From positions 213,579 to 277,578 of the forward strand of contig RHPI01000890.1 of NCBI GenBank assembly GCA_009103225.1: a DNA stretch of 64,000 bases, written 5' to 3'. Positions 1-11,951 of this stretch are shown here, one piece after another. Position 1 is the first letter of the stretch. Each line of letters begins with the position of its first letter. Position numbers and translations under genes: made by a program. The notes beneath the pieces are model-generated. The model had not been told where the DNA came from, searched no databases, and was given only the letters and a program-made list of their open reading frames with translations. This stretch comes from Chlorokybus atmophyticus. Lineage: Eukaryota > Plantae > Mesostigma and Chlorokybus algae.

Positions 1-1172
1 TACTGGTTGTTGACAAAATAACCCACATTATACACATAAACACGCATACTATGGGCGGCCCACACGCATGTCCATTATATCAAGAATACACTTTATTCAT
101 AGCACCGTATTGTACTCATGTGTACCAATAAACGCAAATGTCGCCACTGTATTTTTTGCACTGCTATACGTTGTAGATACGTATGCATGTAATGTTTATA
201 GATATAGAGTGCCATTGGGCACAATATATCAGGACATATATGTATTATAACAATTCTGATGTAGACAATAACCTTGGGGCGGTTGTACCCTCAAACTTTG
301 AGGCTCAATGCCTCATCATCGCGGCTGATTGACAACTTGTCACGGCCAGAAGCATAACGCTCCAAGCTGGAGTGGGTGCCATGACGTCGCGTGGCGTGAT
401 GCACAGCACCTTACCACCTTGGCAGGCTGGCCATGGTCCGGCGTACGGCAAACACGCACAATTGAGCAAGTGTCAGTCATGTCACAGCCTCTGTCCCCAC
501 CTGATTGCCCTTTGATCCGTGACAAGTTGCTGACAGAATGCGATGTCCCGGTTCCCGTGCACTCGGTGTAAGAATCTTACTAGGGATGAGCTCGGTGAGG
601 TCCTCGCGCAGATGGTAGGCATGAGGATAGCCTATTTGACCACTTTCCCAAGTTGTCAATGTCTTATGGGGACACCACCAGTGCCACTAAGATGCTTATA
701 AGACAAGGCAGAGCTTCCATGCAGTGTTGAGCCATATCCCTGCTGTGGAGGGTAGCTCAGCAGCCAACGCTGCCAAGCTGCGTCACTGACTGACAGCTGG
801 TGCTGTGCCTCCATCAAAGCGCTTAGCTGAGCGGGCGTTTCACTGTTGAGCGTTGCTGTCGTCTGTGCTCGCGTAAAGGTAGGTCGGGAAAGATAGCGAC
901 ACACGGTACAGGTGGGTTCTGTCACAGCACACTATGCTGTTCATGGGGGAGCAAAGCAACAGGCTGTTGCCAACAGCTGAACTCAGAAGCAGAGTAGCAT
1001 GCTTGCTTTGCATTGTGTGAGGTTGCTCCAGTGGAAGAGGGCTCAGGCAGGCACTTACATGCATCCATGCTTGTGTCTTGCTCCCGACTGCTTTTCTAAC
1101 TGTAACTGGTGTTTCTCCACACCACCTGCTTGACAGCTGACAGGTGTGGCCTGCTCCTGCTTGACCGCCGCA

Positions 1173-2321
1173 ATGACCGTGAACGAGGTGGTGCCGCCCT
1201 CTCCCCCGGCCGCTGTGGTCGCTACATTCGGCCCCAGGGACGGCGGCAGCTACGCCTCCGCCGCTGTGCAGACGCTGAAACGCCAGCCAGGTTACACAAA
1301 TTGCTGTGACCTGTTGACCAATGCCTGTTGTGTCTCAGCACTGCAAGCATTGCTATGGCCTTCAGACGGTGTCATAGAAACAGGCTGCACAGTCTGAGGC
1401 TCATGCATAATTTATAACTACAACTTCCTACCCAGGTGTTGCCAAATGCCTGCTGTTCAAGCGCAATGCGGGCGCTCCAACCATCACCCACGCCATTGTA
1501 CAGGTAATGTGCAAGTGGGGAGTGGAAATGTGTGCTCAGGGCATTGTTTACGCTGGTAAGTTGCAATGTGGCTGCATGCGCAGTGGTTCAACAGCAAAGC
1601 TGAGATGGCTGCGAGTCTGAACGCCGCAGCCGACACATGGGCACAATTGGAGTCGGGCTGCGATGTGTTTTACAAAGACACGCTCACCCTCGAGAAAGAG
1701 GTGTGGCATGAATGGGCATCGGTCTTGCTCATACCCGCAACGGCTTGACATGTGTGTTCGACCAGACGCTGGTGAAGAAGCCAACCGAGAGCAGCGACCT
1801 GCTATTCATCGTTGGCTTTGAGATTCCAAGTGACAAGATCAATGACCTTGTTGACGACTGGTTCCAGGTGAGAAGTGAGCGAGGCGCTAATGATACCAAT
1901 GACACATGCATTGGCAAGTTGATTGTGCTGACAGAACCAGTTGTGACCGCCTGTGCAACAATGACGCGCTATGCTTTGTTCTGTCCATGCAGGCCATGCC
2001 AGTTGTAGCAAAGGCCGAAGGGTTCCGCACCGCATCGATGTACAAGACAACCGCAGACAGGCCTGAGGAACTGCCGCTGCCTTTCTTCAACCTTGCCTGG
2101 TGATCTAAACCATTGCAACCGTTGTTTCATGGTTGTATCATTGATTTCTCTGCTGAGGCATGCATGGTACAGTATACGCATGTTGATACCAAGCTGCTTT
2201 GATCAGGTGGCAGTCTAAGGAGTCGTTGGATGCTGTGCTGGTAACTCCGGAGAGCAGAAGAGCACACGCTCATCAAGTGTATGTTGTGCGCAAGACCTTC
2301 GTTGGTGCTTTGGTGGAGTAA
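1173..2321 (+). CDS. Multi-exon protein with a C-terminal antibiotic biosynthesis monooxygenase (ABM)-like domain
   Basis: GT-AG exons join into MTVNEVVPP...KRQPG|VAKCLLFKR...IVQ|WFNSKAEM...EKE|TLVKKP...DDWFQ|AMPVVAKAEGFRTASMYKT...FFNLAW|WQSKESLDAVLVTPESRRAHAHQ...VE*. The GF...MYK...FFNLAxWxSxE...AH pattern resembles ABM/dimeric alpha-beta barrel proteins. Confidence 0.55.
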
Positions 2322-2649
2322 GGTCAAAACTCCGCCCTACCCTTCTGCTCGTTTTTCACGTGCACGTGCGTGTGTTGATGTTGTATATACATACATTACA
2401 AGCAGCTACAGGTCTTTGATCATTGCGAATGCCTCAATCCGGCATAAGCATTGCTGTCTTGAGTGTGTCTGTGTCGTTTGCCCAGGCTCGCGGTGCTTCA
2501 GGGTTGACAAAATGACTATGGTTTGTTTATTGTGTATGTAAGGCAAACCTTCCAGACACGACGCACACACGCTCACAAAGTGATCTGGCAGGAGCCATTC
2601 GCATCAACCACAAGTATGAAATCAAGCTACTCATACGCAATGCTAGGGC

Positions 2650-4122
2650 CTTTGTAAATGGTGAGAGTCAGGCTTGTCTCTGCATGTGCTTTCACACTGT
2701 AAGTGGCACTCAGTTTATTTTCAGAGGCTATGTTCGCCTGTTGCGCAAACAGTAGTATTGTTTGTGCATTCGTAAGTCAGCACTGGCGGGGCGATGGAAG
2801 GGGAAGAGGTGGTGGAGCAATATGTGTGGGAGGAGGTAGAGGAGGTGTTGGCTGCATTGCTGTCCGCCGCATGCTGGTGGGCATGTCTAACGGCCGCGTG
2901 CTGGAAGGGCTATTCCAATGCCTGGACAAGCATGCAACGGGCGCCACACACGCAGACACGCACGGGCTGATGCGACACACCTGAGCAGCGATAACAAGCT
3001 TATGCTTTGCTTCGTGCTCCACCATTTTTTGTTTCCATCAAGGTAAGTACAATTAGGTTCCAAGCTACTGCCTGCACATAGCAAGCGTGCTCAGCCTTAC
3101 TTAGCGTTAGGCACGCAAGCATGCTTGCAGGGGATTGGAAGCTCAAGCAAGCTTCATTCAATGTTCTGCAAGTTGGGTAATAACTGATCTCGTCGCCACG
3201 TGCACCAAGCACTCAGTTCACAGCGTGCTGCTGTTGCCTGTTGCCAGCCAAGTTCGCAGCACTGTCCTGTTGTCTTCCATAAGCTTGCGTCGTTTCTGAG
3301 GCTCAGCAAACTGCCGTGCTGAACTCATCCAACAAGCTGGCTTGCAAGCTTTGCGCTTTGCCTACCGCAATCCTGCGCAGTTCTTGCCGGCTGTCCAGCT
3401 TGCTACCAGCAACCGCTTCACATGTTGCGTAATGCACAACCCTTACAGCTAGCAAACATTTGTCTCCTTGTGTGTCAGCCTCAATGCTGAGGCGCACTAG
3501 TCTGTGGCTGGTTATCATCTCACCTAAGTTTACAACTTCATCAGTACAGGGGAACATGGCTCGGGTAACGGGAGAGTGCGGCCGATCGGCCAGGTCCTGG
3601 TGCCAGCAGCGCACCTCACCTCCCTGTAATTGGGACGGTTTCGGTCGAAAAGGAGATGAGGCTGCTCGCGCTGTAGCTCAAGCAGTGTCTGCACCGCATT
3701 GCCACTGCTGTGCTAACTGCTGAACGAGTCGCTAGTCTGTTGCTGGAAAGGCCAGTCGTTAGAGCACACGAGAGGTACGGTGTGGTTTTGCTAGATTCAC
3801 AAGCTATATAACAAGAGTCAAGTCACACACCCATGTGCACATGCACTCCCCACAAAAGCATGCAAGCATTCCCACGCGTGTACACACATGTTCGGGTGGC
3901 CTTGCAGGAAGAAAGCAACTCTTGTGGTCAGGCAGTCGGTCAACTGGACAAGCAGAAACGCATGCTTGCAATCAACCTGCCAACCTGTGCTGCTGAACCA
4001 GCAGTGTGCTTTGAATTGCGGCTAGGGGGTATGCGCACCATCACGCCATTGCAGGCTTCAGCTGCAACATACCAGGGCTGCTGTGCACGATCGCATAGAC
4101 TATGGTATTGGCCATCAGCCAC
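2650..4122 (-). other. Exon-like fragments of an unidentified, probably decayed gene
   Basis: Short frames bounded by AG/GT (HSSGNAVQTLLELQREQPHLLFDRNRPNYRE|DLADRPHSPVTRAMFPCTDEVVNLG), followed by frames with stops. No family recognised. Confidence 0.2.
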
Positions 4123-5046
4123 TGTCGCATGTTTTTGCTAGCACAGCATGCTGTCATGAAGCAGCATCGAATCTTGGAAGTGATGATTGGACGTTGATAT
4201 GGTCCAATTTCACATGCATGCTCTCTGACGTGGTGGCTGCATAACAGATCACTCGGCCTGGTCTGCGCTAATGATGAATATGTCAGCAGCCTGCACTGAG
4301 TGGGAATATTGATACAAGCACTAGCACCTTGATCGGGGTGCAAGCAATACATAAAGAACAGCACATTGTGCATGTGTGCATGTATCCTGCCCACTTGATG
4401 AAAAGTATGCTGGCTTGGCGAGAAGCCGGCATACGCAAGCTATATCACCTTGGGGACTGCTATTGACGGAACACTTGAACTCCCAACGGCTGTCAAAGTT
4501 CAAGATTTTCTGACAAAACAGCTGCTGCAGCCAGCCGGTATGTATGTATATACATACATACAACAGCATTACCTGTACATTTCACCAGGCTACTCTCAAG
4601 TTTGGTTGGGGCTAAGCGACGAGCCCGCCAACGACATTACATTATACACTCATGTGTGCGCAAGCGACACTTGCTTAGCAACACCACCCACATAGCATGC
4701 GTACACAGAGATTCAACCAAGACACCATGTGTACACTTCCTAACAGAAGAGACTACAATTGGCGGACGCGATCCAGAGTAACTTAGGCCATGCAAGCCTT
4801 CAAACCATTGCTGCAGCTGCACCCTCTTACCACCAACATTGTTATGATGCGGGCCATGATGAGCGGCATCTCGAGCACGCTCAAACCCACTTGCAGTGCT
4901 TCCTGCCGCATCTGCCGCAGTGACTGCGAACAATAAAAGTTACAAAGGCAGGTTGAAGACAGCCTTTATAGCGGTGGCAGTTGAGCATAATAACAGCCCT
5001 TATCGCTATTATTACACATATGGGATGGGGCACATATGAATCATGT

Positions 5047-5160
5047 GGCTCCCCCTATAATAGCGACCTTTGCTGCCATGGCCTAGTGGTTAAGGCGCCA
5101 ATGCTATCACATGATAATGCCAGCGGAGCTGAGCGGCCTAGGTTTGAATCCCATGGGGAC
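5047..5160 (+). repeat. tRNA-derived SINE-like repeat, copy A (both Pol III boxes)
   Basis: A-box TGGCCTAGTGG at 5079-5089 and B-box-like GGTTTGAATCC at 5141-5151. Homologous to copies at 5557, 25927 and 58702. Confidence 0.6.
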
Positions 5161-5556
5161 TTGAGCTGTTGGCGGCCGTAAAGTCGATGTAAGGCATATT
5201 ATGACACGTAACGCTTTTAATGATTAACATTGATCGTTGAAAGCGTTATGCGGGGTTGCACCCGTTGAAATGACGGTAACTACAACCGTTTGAGCGGTCG
5301 CGGGCTTCCTCAATGATTGGTTATCAACGCGCACTGACGAGGGCCTGATGTCCCTGTGTGAATGAGTACGAAGGTCATGCGTGCGACTTGTTGGTCGCGG
5401 ATAGGTCGCGGCGAGCTCAATACTTGACATGGGCAACTTGCCCACGATGGTCGCATGGCGACGACCCCATGCGTATCGGGTTGAGAAGAATGTAACATAT
5501 ATGGGACTTCCTTATATGTCTTATATATATCTAAGTGGCTAATATAAGACATATAT

Positions 5557-5610
5557 GGCTTCCTTTATGGCAACGGCTTTTGCTGCCATAGCTTAGTGGT
5601 TAAGGCACCG
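5557..5610 (+). repeat. tRNA-derived repeat, copy B (5-prime part only)
   Basis: ttttgctgccatagcttagtggttaaggcacc aligns with copy A, including the upstream leader. Confidence 0.55.
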
Positions 5611-7484
5611 TACTACAGCTATTAACTTTGACTTCTTGTGCGTGCTGACGCCGCGCATCGTGTAAAAGCGCTGTGATCGTCTTGAGAGGTCCATGACATC
5701 ACGCACGTGAGTGTGTTGCAAATGCAAGACACGTGGCACTAGACTCTAAGTCAAAATAGCCACACTATAGTTACGACCTCGAATTTAAGTCCAATGAAAC
5801 CTTTGTACCCAAACGTTCCAAAAAAAGACCGCCATACTCTCGCACTGCTCAATGGCATTTGCTGGCGCTAGCAAAAATTACCCACCTCAGCAAGGTACTT
5901 GCTTTTGTCATCAGCTTCAAACCTAACCACTCCCACAGACGCTAGTACATGTAAACCAGCAACCAAATGGATGGGGCCTAGCCCAAGCAAAGGTGCCCCT
6001 CAATAGCACCCATTTGACGCCGCATATTATTATGGTACATGACTTGACTTCATCGATCTCTCTCCGCAAGTCCGTTGCTAACGTCTATATCTTTGTTATG
6101 TTGTCGCCAAAATTTTAGTAGTACCCCTTAAAAACATGAAGCAGAGTTAGTGCAACAGTATACATCATTATCCTTGTGGAGCTTTATATTGTTGAAACCC
6201 CTAATAAACATCCCGTGGAAGTTAAATGCTGTGCATTATGTGCGCAAAACGAGTTCAATTCAATAACACATGACAGCTATATATGCTCGCCATGCAAGCC
6301 ACCGGTATCAACACCGCTACCATTGCTAAAATGGGTGGTAAGTTGTTCACAACACGATTTAAGTTAATCTGCGCTAGCTATGGGGAGAATAGATGTCAGC
6401 ACATGTAAGGCCGAACTAAACCGTTTACAATACTCAACGTGAATGGCACTCAAAGTGAGCAATTACAAAAGCTGAGCACATATGAAGAAAAAACACAACC
6501 TCATAAATATTTTGTCAAGCAGCATCCAACATACAGTCGACACATTTAATGCGCATCACTTGTGGCTGTTGACTGCCGCCACTACTTGCGCCGCCACCGT
6601 TGCTGCGGTCACAGGCACGGGGCTGATCAATATAATGAGTATGGAGGCCATTTAATCTGACGGTTGTCATTCAATAGAGTTCATATCGCACTCACTGCCG
6701 TTTGCAACGGTTGTCATAGGCTTAGGGTTTGACGAACCGTTCAGCACACTTTGGCGGAGTTTGACCGCATACATTCGAAATAGGAAGTGCCAAGCATGTC
6801 ATGTGATGTGGGGTAACATTGGGTGGTAGTAAACTATTACCAATGGTGACTTACTAGCGGTAACAACTTACCATGGTTAATGTGAGCACGCTCCATGCTC
6901 ATGAGAGAAAAAGTCCAAGATTGTTGGCGTAAACACGCAACCTGAACAGGTAGCGCAACATCTGGTATAATCAATCATCTTAACAATGGCCAGAGTCAAG
7001 CAAAGACGTGCACCGCCAAGGAGTTGAAACTCAGCAGGAATTTGAACTCACAAACAGTTGGCCTCAACAATTGCTAAGGTAAGGTTATTTGCAATTAACC
7101 TTACGTTGGGGATCACACCTGCCATGTCGACTAGCAACCCAGTCATCACCGCGTTGCTGTTGGACACAATAAAGAACTTCAAAGCGTAACTGACACACAC
7201 AGACTTACTGCATATGCAGCGCAACCAACTTTGTGCTCTACTTGAATGCAATTGCGTTACACGCCAAAGGAAGTATCAATGTTAATGTTGAAAGGAAGGG
7301 TGTCATGGGTACAATGGGCAATTGCAATGATAAGACGCCTTCCATGCAACCCGAACTTTCCAAGCTAAGCAAGATTGCAGGAAGTCATTGTAAACGGCTC
7401 AACTCACTCATGCACGGCGGCAAGCTCTTGAGTCCTTCCTCGATCAAAGCGCTTGGTGGCCATTGACGTCGAAGAGGCTTCTTT

Positions 7485-7505
7485 CGTCGCCAACGATAGC
7501 GCAAC

Positions 7506-7552
<47 letters not shown>

Positions 7553-7618
7553 GTATATATATATATGTGTGCGGGAGTTAAAGCCATGGCTGTCGTCGTT
7601 GCGCTATCGTTGGCGACG
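7485..7618. repeat. Perfect 24-bp inverted repeat enclosing an (AT)n microsatellite
   Basis: cgtcgccaacgatagcgcaacgac (7485-7508) is the exact reverse complement of 7595-7618. The spacer is mostly (AT)n. Confidence 0.9.
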
Positions 7619-7900
7619 TATATATGTATATATATATACATATATATATATGCGTAATATGTGTATACGTATATCTTCGTGCGTGTGCGTGTGTGTGTGT
7701 ACCAAGTGTGCCATGAGGGATACACCATGTATGACACATGCATCATTGACAACGTGCACTCGCACCAAGCTCACTTAAAACATGACCACCGGGCTAGTCA
7801 CTAGCCGCCTACCTCATTACCCGTAACCCTAGTGCCCAACCCTGTCACTTGGTCATGCATGCATGGATGAACGATCACATACGCATACGCCTCGGTCAGC

Positions 7901-7986
7901 GGTCAGCGCCCTTTTTGTAGCAGTAGCAACGACAACCGCAACGGATGGACGTGGACTCCCCCTCCCTCCATATCCCCTCGGCCATA
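7901..7986 (+). repeat. Dispersed repeat, copy 1 (homologous to 16350-16435)
   Basis: Shared ggtcagcg...gtagcag(t/c)agcaac...tggactccccctccctcc...ccat, with an 18-nt identical core. Confidence 0.7.
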
Positions 7987-8085
7987 CCCTCGCCGCCTTG
8001 TCTCGTGTCGTTCAGTTTGCCACTGGTACAATTGGGGTCGTACGCATTGCCAGCACATTAAACGTGTCACACTCACACGCAGTGC

Positions 8086-8091
<6 letters not shown>

Positions 8092-8169
<78 letters not shown>

Positions 8170-8543
8170 NNNNNNNNNNNNNNNNNNNNNNNNNNNNNNN
8201 NNNNNNNNNNNNNNNNNNNNNNNNNNNNNNNNNNNNNNNNNNNNNNNNNNNNNNNNNNNNNNNNNNNNNNNNNNNNNNNNNNNNNNNNNNNNNNNNNNNN
8301 NNNNNNNNNNNNNNNNNNNNNNNNNNNNNNNNNNNNNNNNNNNNNNNNNNNNNNNNNNNNNNNNNNNNNNNNNNNNNNNNNNNNNNNNNNNNNNNNNNNN
8401 NNNNNNNNNNNNNNNNNNNNNNNNNNNNNNNNNNNNNNNNNNNNNNNNNNNNNNNNNNNNNNNNNNNNNNNNNNNNNNNNNNNNNNNNNNNNNNNNNNNN
8501 NNNNNNNNNNNNNNNNNNNNNNNNNNNNNNNNNNNNNNNNNNN

Positions 8544-8594
<51 letters not shown>
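8092..8594. repeat. (AG)n microsatellite spanning an assembly gap (N 8170-8543)
   Basis: Direct reading; true length unknown. Confidence 0.95.
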
Positions 8595-8599
<5 letters not shown>

Positions 8600-9644
8600 C
8601 AATTTGTCTATGCAATCGGGCACGCAAAGACTCATATGCTTATAAACGATAAACACAACGTGTGCACATCAATCCACGAGTATCATTACAAGCAGGTCGC
8701 ATACCATGTGCTGCTGCAAATACCTGGTCCCACCTAGCCTCCACTCCTACCATGCCCCACATTATGTACATCATGTGCGATATACAAATGCACATGCATA
8801 GAACAGGCCATGAGAGTGTGTATGTGTGTGTGTGCGCCATATACACAAGATACAGACGTTTATGATAAAGTACACAATACAGATACTATAGCTAGAAATG
8901 AACCTAAATAATAGACTCACAGTAGCACACAGCTATAGACAGTGCATGAACTGTGCATATGGGCTGTTATAATTGAGATGTCGTGCATATACAAGGAACA
9001 CCTGCAATACCAACTTGTTGTATTGCATTGCTTATGAACGCGGACTGGGTGTGACGATTATACAGTAACTATGTTATATATGTACATTGCTGACGACTGT
9101 GTGCGACATTGCCCGCCTGCAAACGCGCTGCATGCACGACCAGTACGACACACGCATGCAGAAGCAATGCACATCATGCAAACAAGCTGGTTGGTCACGA
9201 TTGGGCTACCTATAAAAACTAGGTAGCTACCTTTGCTATTGCCCATACCCCATTAATCAACATGCATGCGTAATTACCTGCATAGAAGGCGCGCCATAAT
9301 TACCTAGTGTGTGTAAAGTATATGATGTGAAGATGATCATGGTGAGTGTGCATGGCTGATGTTGGTACGCGCATGCTAGTTGGCTTGCGAGTGCATATTG
9401 CTTGATTTGCATGCGCGCCATGCATGTTGCACCTTTGGTACATAACACTATACAGTGATGTAAAAACCACTCACAGCGACAATCAAACATCAAATTATGC
9501 TATACGTAACGCTATTCGCTATATACACAGATACCAACCCTCACTCTCTACGAAGGCTAGCTACATACGCAATTGCATTGCGCCAGCCAAATACCCTCAC
9601 ATGACTCTGCGCCGCCTGACCAGTCGAGCTTGTTCACTCAAAGT

Positions 9645-11675
9645 CTATTCTAACTTAATCTGCGGAAACAACTTGCACGTCAACTTTGAGCCATGTGCGA
9701 GCTTCGGGTCCAGTCCGGCCGCCACCCAAGGGTAATGCATGGTCCCTGTTGCAGAAAACGTGAAGGAAACAATATTTCGTGTGTGTGTGTGCACATGCGC
9801 GTGGTGCGCGTGAGGACATGCATGTGCATACTTAGATGCTACACGTGCTTGCATGCGTGCGTGCGTGCGTGTGCCTGCGAGCATGTGAGAGGACACACGC
9901 GTACATGTACACCACTTACCCTCCTTGAGACTGTATCGGACATCATCACCCGTCCACCGCGTGGCGTACCCACGCCGTCTGTTGCTTTTGGAGCTGTTGC
10001 CCGCGGCGCCGTGCACGGTCAGCGCGTGATGCACGACTATGTCGCCGGGAGCCACGTCCCACGAGAGAAGCTCAACCTACGAGTAACTAGTGAGCGAGTG
10101 GACCATATTGTCTCTGATGTTGTATTTGCGCGTGAGCGCGCGCGCATCTGTGTACATGTGCGTGTGTCGCAACACATGCATTGTGGCATGTATTGGGTAG
10201 TAGTGTTACTCACCCCTTGCATGTTGTTGATATCAGGCGGGGGAGGCAAATCCTGACTTGCAGCATAACGGGACTGATCGCCATCGAATCTCGTCACTCT
10301 GATGCAGGTGATGATGTGTTAATGAATGTTCCTGGTACTTATATGACCGCTCATTGCGCTTCCAGTTGTTATTTGGTTGTTGCTTGCTGTTATGAGTGTG
10401 TACCTGTGGAATAGGTTCCAATGATGGGAGCCTTTGACATACGTCACCATTGTCTCCTTCCTCACGTGATCGAGCGCAAGCCACAGTGATATGATCTGAT
10501 TGCCTGTTAGCTGGAGAATGAAGACAATAAACACAGCATCATCAACCTCATCTCAACTATGTGCACACAACATCAACTTGAAGTGATACGATACCACTCG
10601 AAAAGGCCACACAGACACACACACACGCGCATACGAACACACATGTCCACCTGCCAATATGACATGTCGTTGTGCCAGGGCGTCGGTGCTGTTGTGCCGG
10701 GCTCCTTCACAAGCAACTGGTCATAAAAGATGTTCAAAGTGGATGACCTGTTGCCGCAGTAGTGTGTTGAGAGACTTGCTGACACCAAGCAACATATGTT
10801 GCGCATTTCGTCCTTACCGCATCATCCGTTGGGCAATGGCCGGGGCTGGCGAATCGAACACGTAACGCTCAAAGGCGTCATGCCGGCGCCACAAAAACTG
10901 GTCGTCATGAAAACGACCGCCCTGCATTCATGCATAGACTCGGGCTCAAACACGCACATAGATACATGCGCGTATGTGCATATATGTGGTCGTGTACATG
11001 CATGCAAGCATGCGTACGTACGTTCGCACGCACGCACGCACGCACACATACACACATCGGCGCACACGTGTGGGTGGGTGCACGCACTGTTATGTACCCA
11101 CGTGCCCAACCCATGACAAAGCACTACATCCCTGCTACTTACCGATTGTTTAGCTGCATGCTCATCGCACAGCGGCCCTGCGTGGAAAACTGTCATCACC
11201 AAACAAACACTACTACAAAACTGCACACTACCATCCAAATGATCAACCTGTACCTGGATTGCGGAGGTTTGCCTCAGCAGCAGACCTGAGGCGCTCTATC
11301 CAGTCCTGACTTATGGCATTGCGGAGACATATGGCCCCGTCCTGCTCGAACTGCCTCACAGCATCCTCGGACACAACCTCCTTGCTGTAGTTATATACAC
11401 GTTCATTACAGTTTCATAAAGTAATGTGCATGAACTGAAGACAACTACAGTTATACAACTCACATACGCACACACATACGCACAATCACTCGCCTGTCAA
11501 GGTGAACGTCTGCTGGGTTGGTCTCTTTGGCGGAGGTGGCGGCTGCAGCTGCGCTGTGCTGCAAGCGCCATGCTGGTCGCGAACTTTCTAAGACTTCACT
11601 GCACGGTGACAACAGCAACGATGACGCGCACCTGCGCGGCAACGCCGCTGCTACCGCCGCCGCCGCCTTCCACAT
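9645..11675 (-). CDS. Phytanoyl-CoA dioxygenase (PhyH)-family Fe(II)/2-oxoglutarate dioxygenase, multi-exon
   Basis: Exons give RQFEQDGAICLRNAI, FHDDQFLWRRHDAF, IFYDQLLVKEPGTTAPTPWHNDMSYWQ (HxD), WLALDHVRKETMVTYVKGSHHW and PGDIVVHHALTVHGAAGN...RRRGYATRWTGDD (distal His and 2OG-binding Arg). The N-terminus is Ala/Arg/Ser-rich and presequence-like. Confidence 0.9.
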
Positions 11676-11951
11676 GGACGCCCCTTTAACCTGCCAAAGG
11701 CTGTACCGGTATGCATGTTGGTACGTACTGTATCATAAGTCCCGGATCAGTCTTTACTGTAAAGTGGTGGTGAGGACTGAAGCCGGCTTTAGAGTAGAGA
11801 GGGTTTCAGGACGCCTGTTAGGGCTTGGCTGGCGGTGTGATTGGCGTGGACGGCCGCGGCAGCGGCGGGGGCGGCGGCGGTTGGGGTGTTCGTGTGCGCT
11901 CCTTTTGGGTGGGCAGGATTGTTGGGGACTACTTGGGAAGGCAGGTTCGGT

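Noticed and set aside
329-1064. Minus-strand ORF chain with a CxxC (CTVC)
   Set aside because: No recognisable domain and the frames do not join; possibly decayed TE.
5047-5160. Functional tRNA gene
   Set aside because: Boxes are present, but I could not fold a clean acceptor stem and anticodon arm; treated as a tRNA-derived repeat.
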